Source: Desulfurivibrio sp. (GTDB lineage: Bacteria > Desulfobacterota > Desulfobulbia > Desulfobulbales > SURF-16). Taken from it: DNA of 64,000 nucleotides. The notes beneath the pieces are model-generated. The model was not told where the DNA came from and did no database searches. It saw only the letters and a list, made by a program, of their open reading frames with translations. This document shows positions 50,848 to 59,536 of the stretch, piece by piece. Both the position numbers and the translations under genes were made by a program. The stretch covers positions 5,177 to 69,176 of the forward strand of contig QZKJ01000080.1 of NCBI GenBank assembly GCA_003605035.1. Direction: 5' to 3'. The first letter of the stretch is position 1. Each line of letters opens with the position of its first letter.

Positions 50848-51852
50848 ATGACGGTAAGAATCGGCATTAACGGATTTGGCAGGATCGGCAGAAACGTGTT
50901 CAGGGCTCTGGGCAAGGATGAGGCATTCAAGGATATCGAGGTGATGGCCATCAATGATCTCACCAACCACGAGACCCTGGCCCATCTGCTCAAGTATGAC
51001 TCGATCATGGGCGTTTACGACAAGGGTGTCCATGTCTCGAGCAGAGGTCTGACGGTTGACGGCAAGGAGGTGATCATTAGCACCCACAGGAATCCGGCCG
51101 ATATCCCCTGGGGCGATATGGGGGTTGACTATGTGGTGGAATCAACCGGGCTTTTCACCAACAGCGAGAAGGCCGGCGCCCATATGGACGGCGGGGCCAG
51201 GAAGGTGGTCATCTCCGCCCCGGCCAAGGGGGATGTCAAAACCATTGTCATGGGCGTCAACGAGCATGAGTATGACCCCAGCCTGCACCATATTGTTTCC
51301 AATGCCTCCTGCACCACCAATTGTCTCGCCCCTTTTGCCAAGATTATCATGGACCGGTTCGGCATCAGCAAAGGGCTGATGACCACCGTGCATTCCTATA
51401 CCAATGATCAGCGTATTCTCGATTTCCCCCACAATGATCTGCGCCGGGCCCGGGCTGCGGCCCTGTCGATGATCCCTACCAAAACCGGCGCCGCCGCCGC
51501 CGTCTCCCTGGTCATCCCGGAACTGAAAGGCAAATTCGACGGTCTGGCGGTGCGGGTGCCCACCCCCAATGTCTCGCTGGTGGATGCGGTGATGGAGGTG
51601 GAGAAGGAGACCACGATTTCCGAGGTCAATCAGGCCCTGAAGGAAGGCAGCAACCGTTTCCTGGGTTATTCCGAGGAACCGCTGGTTTCCATCGATTACC
51701 AGGGCAATCCCCATTCCTCGGTGGTTGACGCCCTCTCCACCAAGGTCATCGGCAATATGGTCAAGGTGCTCAGCTGGTACGATAATGAATGGGGCTATTC
51801 CAACCGGGTGCTTGATCTGATCCTGCTCATGGAAAGCCAGAAGGCTTTGTAG
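50848..51852 (+). CDS. gap: Type I glyceraldehyde-3-phosphate dehydrogenase
   Basis: INGFGRIGRNV, the active site SNASCTTNCLAP, and WYDNEWGYS. SD gaggagg upstream. Confidence 0.96.
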   Translation: MTVRIGINGFGRIGRNVFRALGKDEAFKDIEVMAINDLTNHETLAHLLKYDSIMGVYDKGVHVSSRGLTVDGKEVIISTHRNPADIPWGDMGVDYVVESTGLFTNSEKAGAHMDGGARKVVISAPAKGDVKTIVMGVNEHEYDPSLHHIVSNASCTTNCLAPFAKIIMDRFGISKGLMTTVHSYTNDQRILDFPHNDLRRARAAALSMIPTKTGAAAAVSLVIPELKGKFDGLAVRVPTPNVSLVDAVMEVEKETTISEVNQALKEGSNRFLGYSEEPLVSIDYQGNPHSSVVDALSTKVIGNMVKVLSWYDNEWGYSNRVLDLILLMESQKAL

Positions 51853-52007
51853 CTGGCTAAAGTTGCTCTTTTCTGGTAATTTCCGCGACTGACCCTGCGG
51901 GGCTGCTGCCAATGGTGCGCCATCGGCCCCGGATTACGCAACAGTGGGCCCTGCGCACCAGCCTGCCCTGCTGTGGATTTTTAATTCTCAATGCCGATTT
52001 TGCCTCT

Positions 52008-55000
52008 ATGAGCCAGACCGAAAAAAGCTTTTATGAGACCTCCAGCGCCTTAAAGGCCAATCTCCTGGAAACAGCGGTCACCGATGTCTCCATCGATCCG
52101 GCCAAGCTGGCCTTTCTTGATCTGATCAAAGAGTTCAAGGGCATTCACAACAACCTGTATGACCTGCTGTACGAGATCCATCACCCCTATCGCAACTGGA
52201 ATCTCATTATCCCCAAGCTGCGCACCTTTGTCCTGAAAAATGTCGCGCTTTTCTGCCGCAGCAGCAAGGGGCCCGAAGCGTTTGCCATGTTCTGCGAAAT
52301 TTTCCTGCAGGCCGTCGAGGAAACGAAAAAAAACAGGACCCTGCTCAATCTCAGCATAGAGTCCATGCTGGCCTATGTGGAACGGCTCATCAGCTCGGCC
52401 AGGGCGGATCTGCCCCAGTATGAGGCCGTGCTGTCGCAGCTGTTTGACCGTCTCTACACGCTGGACAAGCAGATCATCATGCTGGTGGTGCAGGGCCATC
52501 ATCCCATGAAGAAGATTCTCCTTTTTCTGGTGGACACCCGGGAAAAGGAGCAGATCGCCTTTAATCTGCAGCCTGCCGCCCGCCTGATGAAAAAGATCCT
52601 CCTGCTCAACTATGGCTACTGGCTGGAGGTGGAGGACCCGCTGCCCTGGTTTCTGGCCCAGTGCAGCGACATGTGCAACAACTGGGATGCCGGCAAGCTG
52701 TTCAACGCCATTTCCCATGATCAGATCAGGAAGCATCTGGAGCAGCTGCAGGAGATCGAGGTCAGCAACGAACAGCGCGATCTGCGGGCCATTCTGGAGC
52801 TGCCCTCCCATATGGATCTGGTGCGGCTGTACCGGGAGATCCCGGAAAGACTGGCTGTGCAGTATGAAAAGGGGGCCAGGGCGGAAGACGACCGCTTCGC
52901 GGAAAACCGGAAACTGATTTTTCTCTTCCGCATCATGCGCACCTCCGGCCTCTATCTCATCCACGAGGAGAGTCTGCGCGAGATAAACCGCAGCCTGATT
53001 GTGCTCATCCGCCAGCAGACCTTTGAGGAGATCGAGTCTTTTCTGCTCACCACCCTGCAGCTGCTCAAGGAAAACGTCCGCCGTTACCCCCATACCGCCC
53101 TGCAGTGCATCCAGGTGCTCGGCACCGAGGTGTTCAACCGGGAAAACAGCCGGCTGGTGGAAACCTTTCTGTGGGAAACGGTTCGCTTCGGCTTTCAGTA
53201 TGCCAATGTCACCGGAGTGGACCAGGACTGGCAGCCGATCACCAATCCGGCCCATCTGGCCAACATCCGCGTCTGGCTGAACCTGATCATGCAGGAGCCG
53301 AAGTGGTGCTCCACCCTCTTTTCCGCCCTGATCATCAACCTCAAGCTCTCCGGCACCTGCGTCAAGGATACGGATCTGTTCCAGCGGGACATCAGCCGGC
53401 TGCTCAACCATCCGGTGGCCCCGGTGTACAACCTGGTCAAGCAGTTCACCAAGCTCATGCCGGTTTTCTTCAATGAGATCGGGGCGGAAGGCAACCTGCG
53501 GGATGTGTCCACCGAGCTTGACGAGATCCATAAGCGCAAGGATCTGCTCATTCACTTTCTGCGCAAGCAGAGTCATGTGGAAAGCTCCAATCTCATTGTC
53601 GACTTCATCAAGGCCATCCTGCGCTTCTGGCTGACCAAAGATAAACAGGTGCTCAGGGATTTTCTGCCGGATGAGGTGCTCAGCCAGGTGCAGACCAGCG
53701 GGCCCTTTGTCGATGAGCAGCATATCCTCACCAGCCGGCTGAAGGCGGTGGACCAGTATGAGAAGGAAAGCGACCTGCTCAAATGGGAGGAGGGCAAGAT
53801 AGCCGCCTTCCTGGCCGCCCAGCAGGATATCAGCCCCCATGAGGTGCGGCGCTTCGAGCTGCTGGTGCAGATGTACCGGCTGCTCGATCTCAAGTACAAC
53901 CTCGGTTTTCAGGAGTTGCGCCGTCAGCTGGAACAGGCGGCCGGCGGCGGGTTCCCGGAAATGGAGCAGCTGCTTGCCGACCTGGAGATCTGCGATACGG
54001 TCCAGTGTCTCACCGCCCTGCTGGATCATCTTGAGCAGCTGAAAGGAATCATTCTGAGCAGCGCGATTTTCGAGGCCAAGGAGGACATCTATTACAAACG
54101 GCATATTGCCGTGGATATCCCCTCGGTGTACGGCCGTTACAGCGAAAGAAAGTTTGACGCCCTGGGGCTCACCTTCAGGCTGGAAAATCTGGCCAATATC
54201 TATCTGGAGCGGCTGCCTTCCTCCCTCAATCTCTCCTTTATCACCCGGGCGACCTTTATCCGCATTATCAAATATCTGCGGCTGTACCTGCGGGCCCTGA
54301 AAATTGACGGCATCACCAGCCGCCGCCTGGAAACCTATGTGGCTCTGCTTTCCAATTCGCTGGGAATCAAGCGCTTTTCCTACACCCAGTACATTGATAT
54401 CTTCCGCGGCCTGTCCGAAGGGGTGAAGGACGTTATCTATGCCTATTACACCAATATTCATCAGAACAACCTCTCCATCATCATTCCCCAGATCGGGGCG
54501 GGCAACCTGCTGGCCAAATACCGCAACCTGTGGGAAGAAGATGAAAGCGATACCAACGGCCGCTGCCTGAAGGAGTCGATCCACCGGCTGTCCGAGGCCT
54601 TCATGCGGGATCTCATTTCCAGCACCTTCGGGCTGCAGCATCTGGATAATTTCATCACCAGGATTTATCAGGTGCTGGAGCGGCAGCGGGAGCTGCTGGA
54701 TGAAAAACAGCTGGATCTGCTGATGACCTACAACCCGGACAAGGCCATCCATGAGTTTGACCGCAAAAGCGCCCATGCCAAGAATCTCATTCTGCTCGGC
54801 AACAAGGGATTCAATCTCAGTCTGCTGGCCTCGGACAACAAGCCGGTGCCGCCGGGCTTTATCATCACTACGGAAATCTTCCGCTGCTGGTCGGTGGTCA
54901 ACAGCTTTTACATGGCCCGCAATGAGTTCATGAAGCAGATCCGCCACGCCCTGAACAAGATCGAGGAAAAGACCGGCACCCGCTACGGCGACCCGGATAA

Positions 55001-56276
55001 TCCCCTGCTGGTCTCCATCCGCAGCGGGGCCTCCATTTCCATGCCCGGCATGATGGCCACCATTCATAATGTCGGCTTAAACAATGAGATCGTCGAGGCG
55101 GTGGCCGAGGTGCCGGGCAAGGAGTATCTGGCCTGGGACAATTATCGCCGCTTTCTCCAGTCCTGGGGCATGACCATGGGGGTGGCCCGGGACATCTTCC
55201 AGGCCCTGATGAATGAGGCCAAGGCCAAGCACGGCGTCAGGGTGAAAAGTCAGTTCAGCCCGGCCCAGATGAAGGAGCTGGCGCTCAGCTATCAGAAGAA
55301 GATCCGCAACCTGGGCATCGGCATCCCGGATGACCCGTGGCTGCAGCTGATCGGGGCCATCGAAATGGTGCTGGCCTCCTGGGATGCGCCGAAAACCAAG
55401 GGCTACCGGGGCCTGATGGGCATTTCCCATGCATGGGGCACGGCTGCCATTGTGCAGGCCATGGTTTTCGGCAACCTCGGACCGGAAAGCGGCAGCGGCG
55501 TGGTCTTTACCGCCCATCCCTACCGCAAGGTGCGGCGGGTGGCCCTCTGGGGTGATTACGCCCCGGGCGACCAGGGCGAGGATATTGTCAGCGGCCTGGT
55601 CACCACCTTCCCCATTTCCGTCGAACAGGCGGAGATTGACGGTCGACCGGAGGATTTCACCCTGGAGCGGAGATCGCCCGAGGTGTATCAGGAGCTGCTC
55701 TCCATTGCCCGTAATCTGGTGTATGAAAAGGAGTGGAACCCCCAGGAAATCGAATTCACCTTTGAGGGTCCCCGGGCCTCGGATCTCTATATCCTGCAGA
55801 CCAGGGACATGATCACCATCAAGAAGAAAGAGCGCTTTTACGTCTTCCGCAACGAGGAGGAACTTGGTGAGTATATCCTCGGCAAAGGCGTCGGGGTGAG
55901 CGGCAGCGCTCTTGCCGGACTCGCCGTTTTTAACGAAAAAAATATCCGTGAGCTGCGCGAGAAGCAGCCCGATATGCCACTTATCCTCATCCGCCAGGAC
56001 ACCGTGCCGGAGGATGTCAAGGAAATCGCCATGGCGGACGGCCTGCTGACCTCCCGCGGCGGCCAGACCTCCCATGCCTCGGTGGTGGCTCTGCGGCTGG
56101 AGAAGACCTGCGTCGTCGGCTGCCATGCCCTGCAGGTGTATGAGGCCGAGGAGCGCTGCGTTATCGGCGGCAGGGTCATCCGGCTGGGCGATCCGGTGGC
56201 GATAGACGGCCGCAAGGGGCTGTTTCTCCATGGCCTGCATGAGGTGAAGGTAGAGGTGCATATTCTGCCAATTTGA
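52008..56276 (+). CDS. Large (~1,422 aa) dikinase-like protein: unknown ~920-aa N-terminal region, PPDK-type ATP-grasp nucleotide-binding domain, phosphohistidine swivel domain, and no PEP/pyruvate TIM-barrel domain
   Basis: C-terminal 500 aa: LLGNKGFNLSLL..PVPPGFIITTE, NPLLVSIRSGASISMPGMMATIHNVGLN, DNYRRFLQSWG, GTAAIVQAMVFGN, GDQGEDIVSG, EIEFTFE..LYILQTRDM, then LTSRGGQTSHASVVA (His codon at 56073-56075). The ORF ends about 66 aa after that His. The start is set to ATG 52008 (MSQTEK). Confidence 0.85.
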   Translation: MSQTEKSFYETSSALKANLLETAVTDVSIDPAKLAFLDLIKEFKGIHNNLYDLLYEIHHPYRNWNLIIPKLRTFVLKNVALFCRSSKGPEAFAMFCEIFLQAVEETKKNRTLLNLSIESMLAYVERLISSARADLPQYEAVLSQLFDRLYTLDKQIIMLVVQGHHPMKKILLFLVDTREKEQIAFNLQPAARLMKKILLLNYGYWLEVEDPLPWFLAQCSDMCNNWDAGKLFNAISHDQIRKHLEQLQEIEVSNEQRDLRAILELPSHMDLVRLYREIPERLAVQYEKGARAEDDRFAENRKLIFLFRIMRTSGLYLIHEESLREINRSLIVLIRQQTFEEIESFLLTTLQLLKENVRRYPHTALQCIQVLGTEVFNRENSRLVETFLWETVRFGFQYANVTGVDQDWQPITNPAHLANIRVWLNLIMQEPKWCSTLFSALIINLKLSGTCVKDTDLFQRDISRLLNHPVAPVYNLVKQFTKLMPVFFNEIGAEGNLRDVSTELDEIHKRKDLLIHFLRKQSHVESSNLIVDFIKAILRFWLTKDKQVLRDFLPDEVLSQVQTSGPFVDEQHILTSRLKAVDQYEKESDLLKWEEGKIAAFLAAQQDISPHEVRRFELLVQMYRLLDLKYNLGFQELRRQLEQAAGGGFPEMEQLLADLEICDTVQCLTALLDHLEQLKGIILSSAIFEAKEDIYYKRHIAVDIPSVYGRYSERKFDALGLTFRLENLANIYLERLPSSLNLSFITRATFIRIIKYLRLYLRALKIDGITSRRLETYVALLSNSLGIKRFSYTQYIDIFRGLSEGVKDVIYAYYTNIHQNNLSIIIPQIGAGNLLAKYRNLWEEDESDTNGRCLKESIHRLSEAFMRDLISSTFGLQHLDNFITRIYQVLERQRELLDEKQLDLLMTYNPDKAIHEFDRKSAHAKNLILLGNKGFNLSLLASDNKPVPPGFIITTEIFRCWSVVNSFYMARNEFMKQIRHALNKIEEKTGTRYGDPDNPLLVSIRSGASISMPGMMATIHNVGLNNEIVEAVAEVPGKEYLAWDNYRRFLQSWGMTMGVARDIFQALMNEAKAKHGVRVKSQFSPAQMKELALSYQKKIRNLGIGIPDDPWLQLIGAIEMVLASWDAPKTKGYRGLMGISHAWGTAAIVQAMVFGNLGPESGSGVVFTAHPYRKVRRVALWGDYAPGDQGEDIVSGLVTTFPISVEQAEIDGRPEDFTLERRSPEVYQELLSIARNLVYEKEWNPQEIEFTFEGPRASDLYILQTRDMITIKKKERFYVFRNEEELGEYILGKGVGVSGSALAGLAVFNEKNIRELREKQPDMPLILIRQDTVPEDVKEIAMADGLLTSRGGQTSHASVVALRLEKTCVVGCHALQVYEAEERCVIGGRVIRLGDPVAIDGRKGLFLHGLHEVKVEVHILPI

Positions 56277-56301
56277 TGAGTGGCTACAGGAGTAGTGATC
56301 A

Positions 56302-58239
56302 ATGGCTAAGGTCAGGGTGGAGTTGGAAAAAGAGCGCGGGGTGGAAAAAGCCCGGAAGGGCAGGGCTCCCTCGGAAAGAAGTAATGAAATTCCCAAACTG
56401 CTGATCAGGGAGGGGCTGCTGACCGAAGAGCAGCTGCATTACGCCCGGCGGGTGCACGCCAAGCTGACCTCCCAGCGCAGCCTGCTCAGCATCCTGGAGG
56501 AACTGCAGTATGTGAGCAAGGACCAGGTGCAGGATGCCCTGCGGTCCGGCCCGGTTTCGGTGCCCCTCGGCTCCCTGCTGGTTGAGCTGGGCTATATCAG
56601 CGACGCGGATCTGAGCATGGTGCTCGACAGCCAGCAGGAGCACCCCAACGCCAAGTTCGGCCAGCTGGTGGTCGACCTCAATCTCATTGATGAAAACGAT
56701 CTGCTGCGGGTGCTTTCCTACCAGCTCGGCTTTCCCTATATTGATCCTGCCGTGGCGGAGGTCGATCCCAAGGTGATCGAGCGGGGCAAGGTGGAGATCT
56801 ATGCCGAGCACAGGTTTCTGCCGCTGCATTATCAGAAGGACGGCATCCTGGTCGCCTTTGCCGATCCGCTCAACAACGAGCAGGTGCTGGCCGCCAGGAA
56901 AATCTTCGGCGATGCCCTGGTGATCGGCATTGCCCGGGAAAAGGCCATTCTCGAGGCCCTGAACAGGTACGAGGCCAAGGGACGCAAGGCGGATAAAGGC
57001 GGCAAGCGGGCCGAGGCCAGCGACAGCGCGGTGGTCACGGCGGTCAACGATATGCTGCTTGCGGCCTGTAAGCAGAATGCCAGCGATGTGCATATCGAAC
57101 CCCTGCGCGACAGGTTGCAGGTCCGTTTCCGCAGGGACGGTGTGCTGATCCCCTTCAAGGATTACCCGCTGGATATGGCGCCCGGCCTGGCCAGCCGCAT
57201 CAAGATCATGGCCGGCGCGGATATCGCCGAACGCCGGCGGCACCAGGACGGCCGCATCTTTTTTGAGGAGGGCGGGGTGCAGATTGACCTGCGCGCCTCC
57301 ATCTACGTGACCATCCACGGGGAAAAGATCGTCCTGCGCCTGCTCGGCAGACAGGGGGAACTGCGGGCCATCAACGAACTCGGCCTTGCGCCCCGCATCC
57401 TGCAGCGCTTCGAGGAGGAGGCCCTGGAGGCGCCCAGCGGCGTCATCATCATCACCGGCCCCACCGGCTCCGGCAAGACCAGCACCCTCTACAGCGCGGT
57501 CAATCATCTCAACAGCCCGAGCTGCAGCATCATCACCGCCGAAGATCCGGTGGAGTTTGTCATTGACGGCATTGCCCAGTGTTCCATCAACCCGAAAATC
57601 AATGTAACCTTTGAAGAAACCCTCAAACATATCGTGCGCCAGGACCCGGATGTCATTGTCATCGGCGAGATCCGCGACCGCTTTTCCGCGGAAATGGCCA
57701 TCGAGGCGGCCCTGACCGGGCACAAGGTGCTGACCACCTTTCACACCGAGGACAGCACCGGCGCCCTGCTGCGGCTGCTCGACATGCAGATCGAGGCCTT
57801 TCTCATCGCCTCAACCATTGCCGGCATCCTGGCCCAGCGGCTGGTGCGACGCATCTGCAAGGATTGCCCGGAGGAGCATCCGCTGACCCCTGATGAACTG
57901 CGCCGGCTGGGCTATGGCCTGAAGGACGGCGGCGGGCTGACCTTCAAGAAGGGGCGCGGCTGCCGCAAATGCCGCTATACCGGTTACAGGGGCCGGCTGG
58001 CTGTCCATGAACTGCTTATCCCGGGAGAAATGGTCAAGGATGCGGTGATTGCCCGCAAAACCGCCCATGAAATCAGAAAAATCAATATCCAGACCACCGG
58101 TCTGGTAACCCTGCTGGAAGACGGCATCTGCAAGGCAAGCCAGGGGATCACCAGTTTCAATGAGGTCATCCGCCAGCTGCCCAGGCTGGACAGGCCGCGG
58201 CCTCTTGTCGAAGTGAAGCGCTTGCTGGGGGTGCACTGA
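56302..58239 (+). CDS. GspE/PilB/MshE-family secretion/pilus ATPase with N-terminal T2SSE_N (MshEN-like) domain
   Basis: Walker A GPTGSGKTSTLYS, Asp box IITAEDPVEF, Walker B DPDVIVIGEIRD, His box TGHKVLTTFHT, and the tetracysteine CKDC...CRKC. The N-terminus carries two tandem 24-aa MshEN-like motifs (residues 88-111 and 118-141). Confidence 0.92.
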   Translation: MAKVRVELEKERGVEKARKGRAPSERSNEIPKLLIREGLLTEEQLHYARRVHAKLTSQRSLLSILEELQYVSKDQVQDALRSGPVSVPLGSLLVELGYISDADLSMVLDSQQEHPNAKFGQLVVDLNLIDENDLLRVLSYQLGFPYIDPAVAEVDPKVIERGKVEIYAEHRFLPLHYQKDGILVAFADPLNNEQVLAARKIFGDALVIGIAREKAILEALNRYEAKGRKADKGGKRAEASDSAVVTAVNDMLLAACKQNASDVHIEPLRDRLQVRFRRDGVLIPFKDYPLDMAPGLASRIKIMAGADIAERRRHQDGRIFFEEGGVQIDLRASIYVTIHGEKIVLRLLGRQGELRAINELGLAPRILQRFEEEALEAPSGVIIITGPTGSGKTSTLYSAVNHLNSPSCSIITAEDPVEFVIDGIAQCSINPKINVTFEETLKHIVRQDPDVIVIGEIRDRFSAEMAIEAALTGHKVLTTFHTEDSTGALLRLLDMQIEAFLIASTIAGILAQRLVRRICKDCPEEHPLTPDELRRLGYGLKDGGGLTFKKGRGCRKCRYTGYRGRLAVHELLIPGEMVKDAVIARKTAHEIRKINIQTTGLVTLLEDGICKASQGITSFNEVIRQLPRLDRPRPLVEVKRLLGVH

Positions 58240-59084
58240 TGAAGAAGAGTCAGTCTCTTATCGAACAGATCAATGAATTTGTCCTGAAGGAAAATTTTCA
58301 GTTGCCGGTTTTTAACGATATTGCCATGCGCATCTTGAAAATGGCCCGCTATGAGGATTTTGACATTCGCGAGATGAGCAATCTGATCTATCAGGACCAG
58401 GTGCTGGTGGCGGAGGTGCTGAAGGCGGCCAATTCACCGTTTTTCGGGGGATTATCAGTCATCACCACGGTCAAGGACGCCATTATCCGTCTCGGCTCCC
58501 GCCAGGTCTGCGAGTTGGTGCTGATCGCCTCGGAGCGTATCCAGTACCGGGCCGCGGACAAGAAGCTGAACAAGCTGCTGGGCAAATTGTGGAAGCATTC
58601 GGTGGCCTGCGCCATCGGCTCTCAGTGGCTGGCCAGAAGGCTCAGCTATCATGAGAAGGACAATGAGGCCTTTATCGGCGGGCTGCTCCATGACATCGGC
58701 AAGCTCTTTTTGCTGCGGGTGATCGACACCATGCAGGAATCCCAGGAGGTGTCGTTTTCGATTTCCTATGAGCTCAGCTATGAGCTGATCAACTCCTTCC
58801 ATGCGGAAGAGGGCTACAAGCTGCTCAGCCAGTGGAATCTGCCGCCGATCTACTGTGAAATCGCCCGGGACCATTATATCCCGGGATTTGATCATGATAA
58901 TATTCCCCTGCTGCTGGTCAGGATCACCAATCAGGCCTGCGCGAAACTCGGCATCGGCATGAAACACGACCCCTCCATCGTGCTGATCAGCACTCCGGAG
59001 GCCGTGGCCCTGCGCGTCAAGGAGATCGTACTGGCCGAGCTTGAGGTGATGCTGGAGGACACCATGCAGATCGCCACCGGCTGA
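58239..59084 (+). CDS. HDOD-domain protein
   Basis: LPVFNDIAMRILKM, DQVLVAEVLKAANSPFFG, and GGLLHDIGKLFLL. The start overlaps the upstream stop (TGATG). Confidence 0.88.
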   Translation: MKKSQSLIEQINEFVLKENFQLPVFNDIAMRILKMARYEDFDIREMSNLIYQDQVLVAEVLKAANSPFFGGLSVITTVKDAIIRLGSRQVCELVLIASERIQYRAADKKLNKLLGKLWKHSVACAIGSQWLARRLSYHEKDNEAFIGGLLHDIGKLFLLRVIDTMQESQEVSFSISYELSYELINSFHAEEGYKLLSQWNLPPIYCEIARDHYIPGFDHDNIPLLLVRITNQACAKLGIGMKHDPSIVLISTPEAVALRVKEIVLAELEVMLEDTMQIATG

Positions 59085-59182
59085 GTTCTGCCGGCTACGC
59101 AACCTGTAAAACTGCGAAAGAAAAAGAGACTCTATAAGAATCATTTCTACCAGGCGATCCAGAGTGGATGAGGTCCAATATT

Positions 59183-59407
59183 ATGAAAGCTGAAGAATTT
59201 GATAAAAAATTTGAAGCAGGCGAGGATTTGAAAGACGATCTTGACTTTTCCAAAGCGCGCAGGGTCAACCAGGAAGCTAAACGAGTCAATATAGATTTTC
59301 CGGCCTGGGTAGTTGAAGGACTCGATAAGCAATCCAAGCGGCTGGGGATAACAAGACAGGCCCTCGTTAAAGTTTGGATCGCGGAAAAGCTCAAAGAGGC
59401 AGTTTAA
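59183..59407 (+). CDS. CopG/BrnA-like ribbon-helix-helix antitoxin homologue (orphan)
   Basis: MKAEEFDKKFEAGEDLKDDLDFSKARRVNQEAKRVNIDFPAWVVEGLDKQSKRLGITRQALVKVWIAEKL matches my recollection of the small CopG-type antitoxin family (DUF3680-like). No toxin-sized ORF is adjacent. Confidence 0.6.
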   Translation: MKAEEFDKKFEAGEDLKDDLDFSKARRVNQEAKRVNIDFPAWVVEGLDKQSKRLGITRQALVKVWIAEKLKEAV

Positions 59408-59536
59408 GAATTTTTATGCGACAAGGATAGCGGACGAAATTTACTGCGGATGACACTTGGGGAGCTGAGAAAAACAAGTTTCCTTTGAGGTCAACATGCT
59501 CCCTAATTGTGTGGGTTGAATGTTCTCTTCAAACCT

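Noticed and set aside
52050-55067. 1,005-aa ORF on the minus strand, antisense to the dikinase-like gene
   Set aside because: It lies in the exact codon-for-codon antisense register of the plus-strand gene (both codon phases align at 55065-55067). It therefore stays open simply because the sense gene avoids TTA, CTA and TCA codons. Its translation is low-complexity (G/Q/H/D/L/A-rich) with no motifs, whereas the sense frame has clear PPDK motifs.
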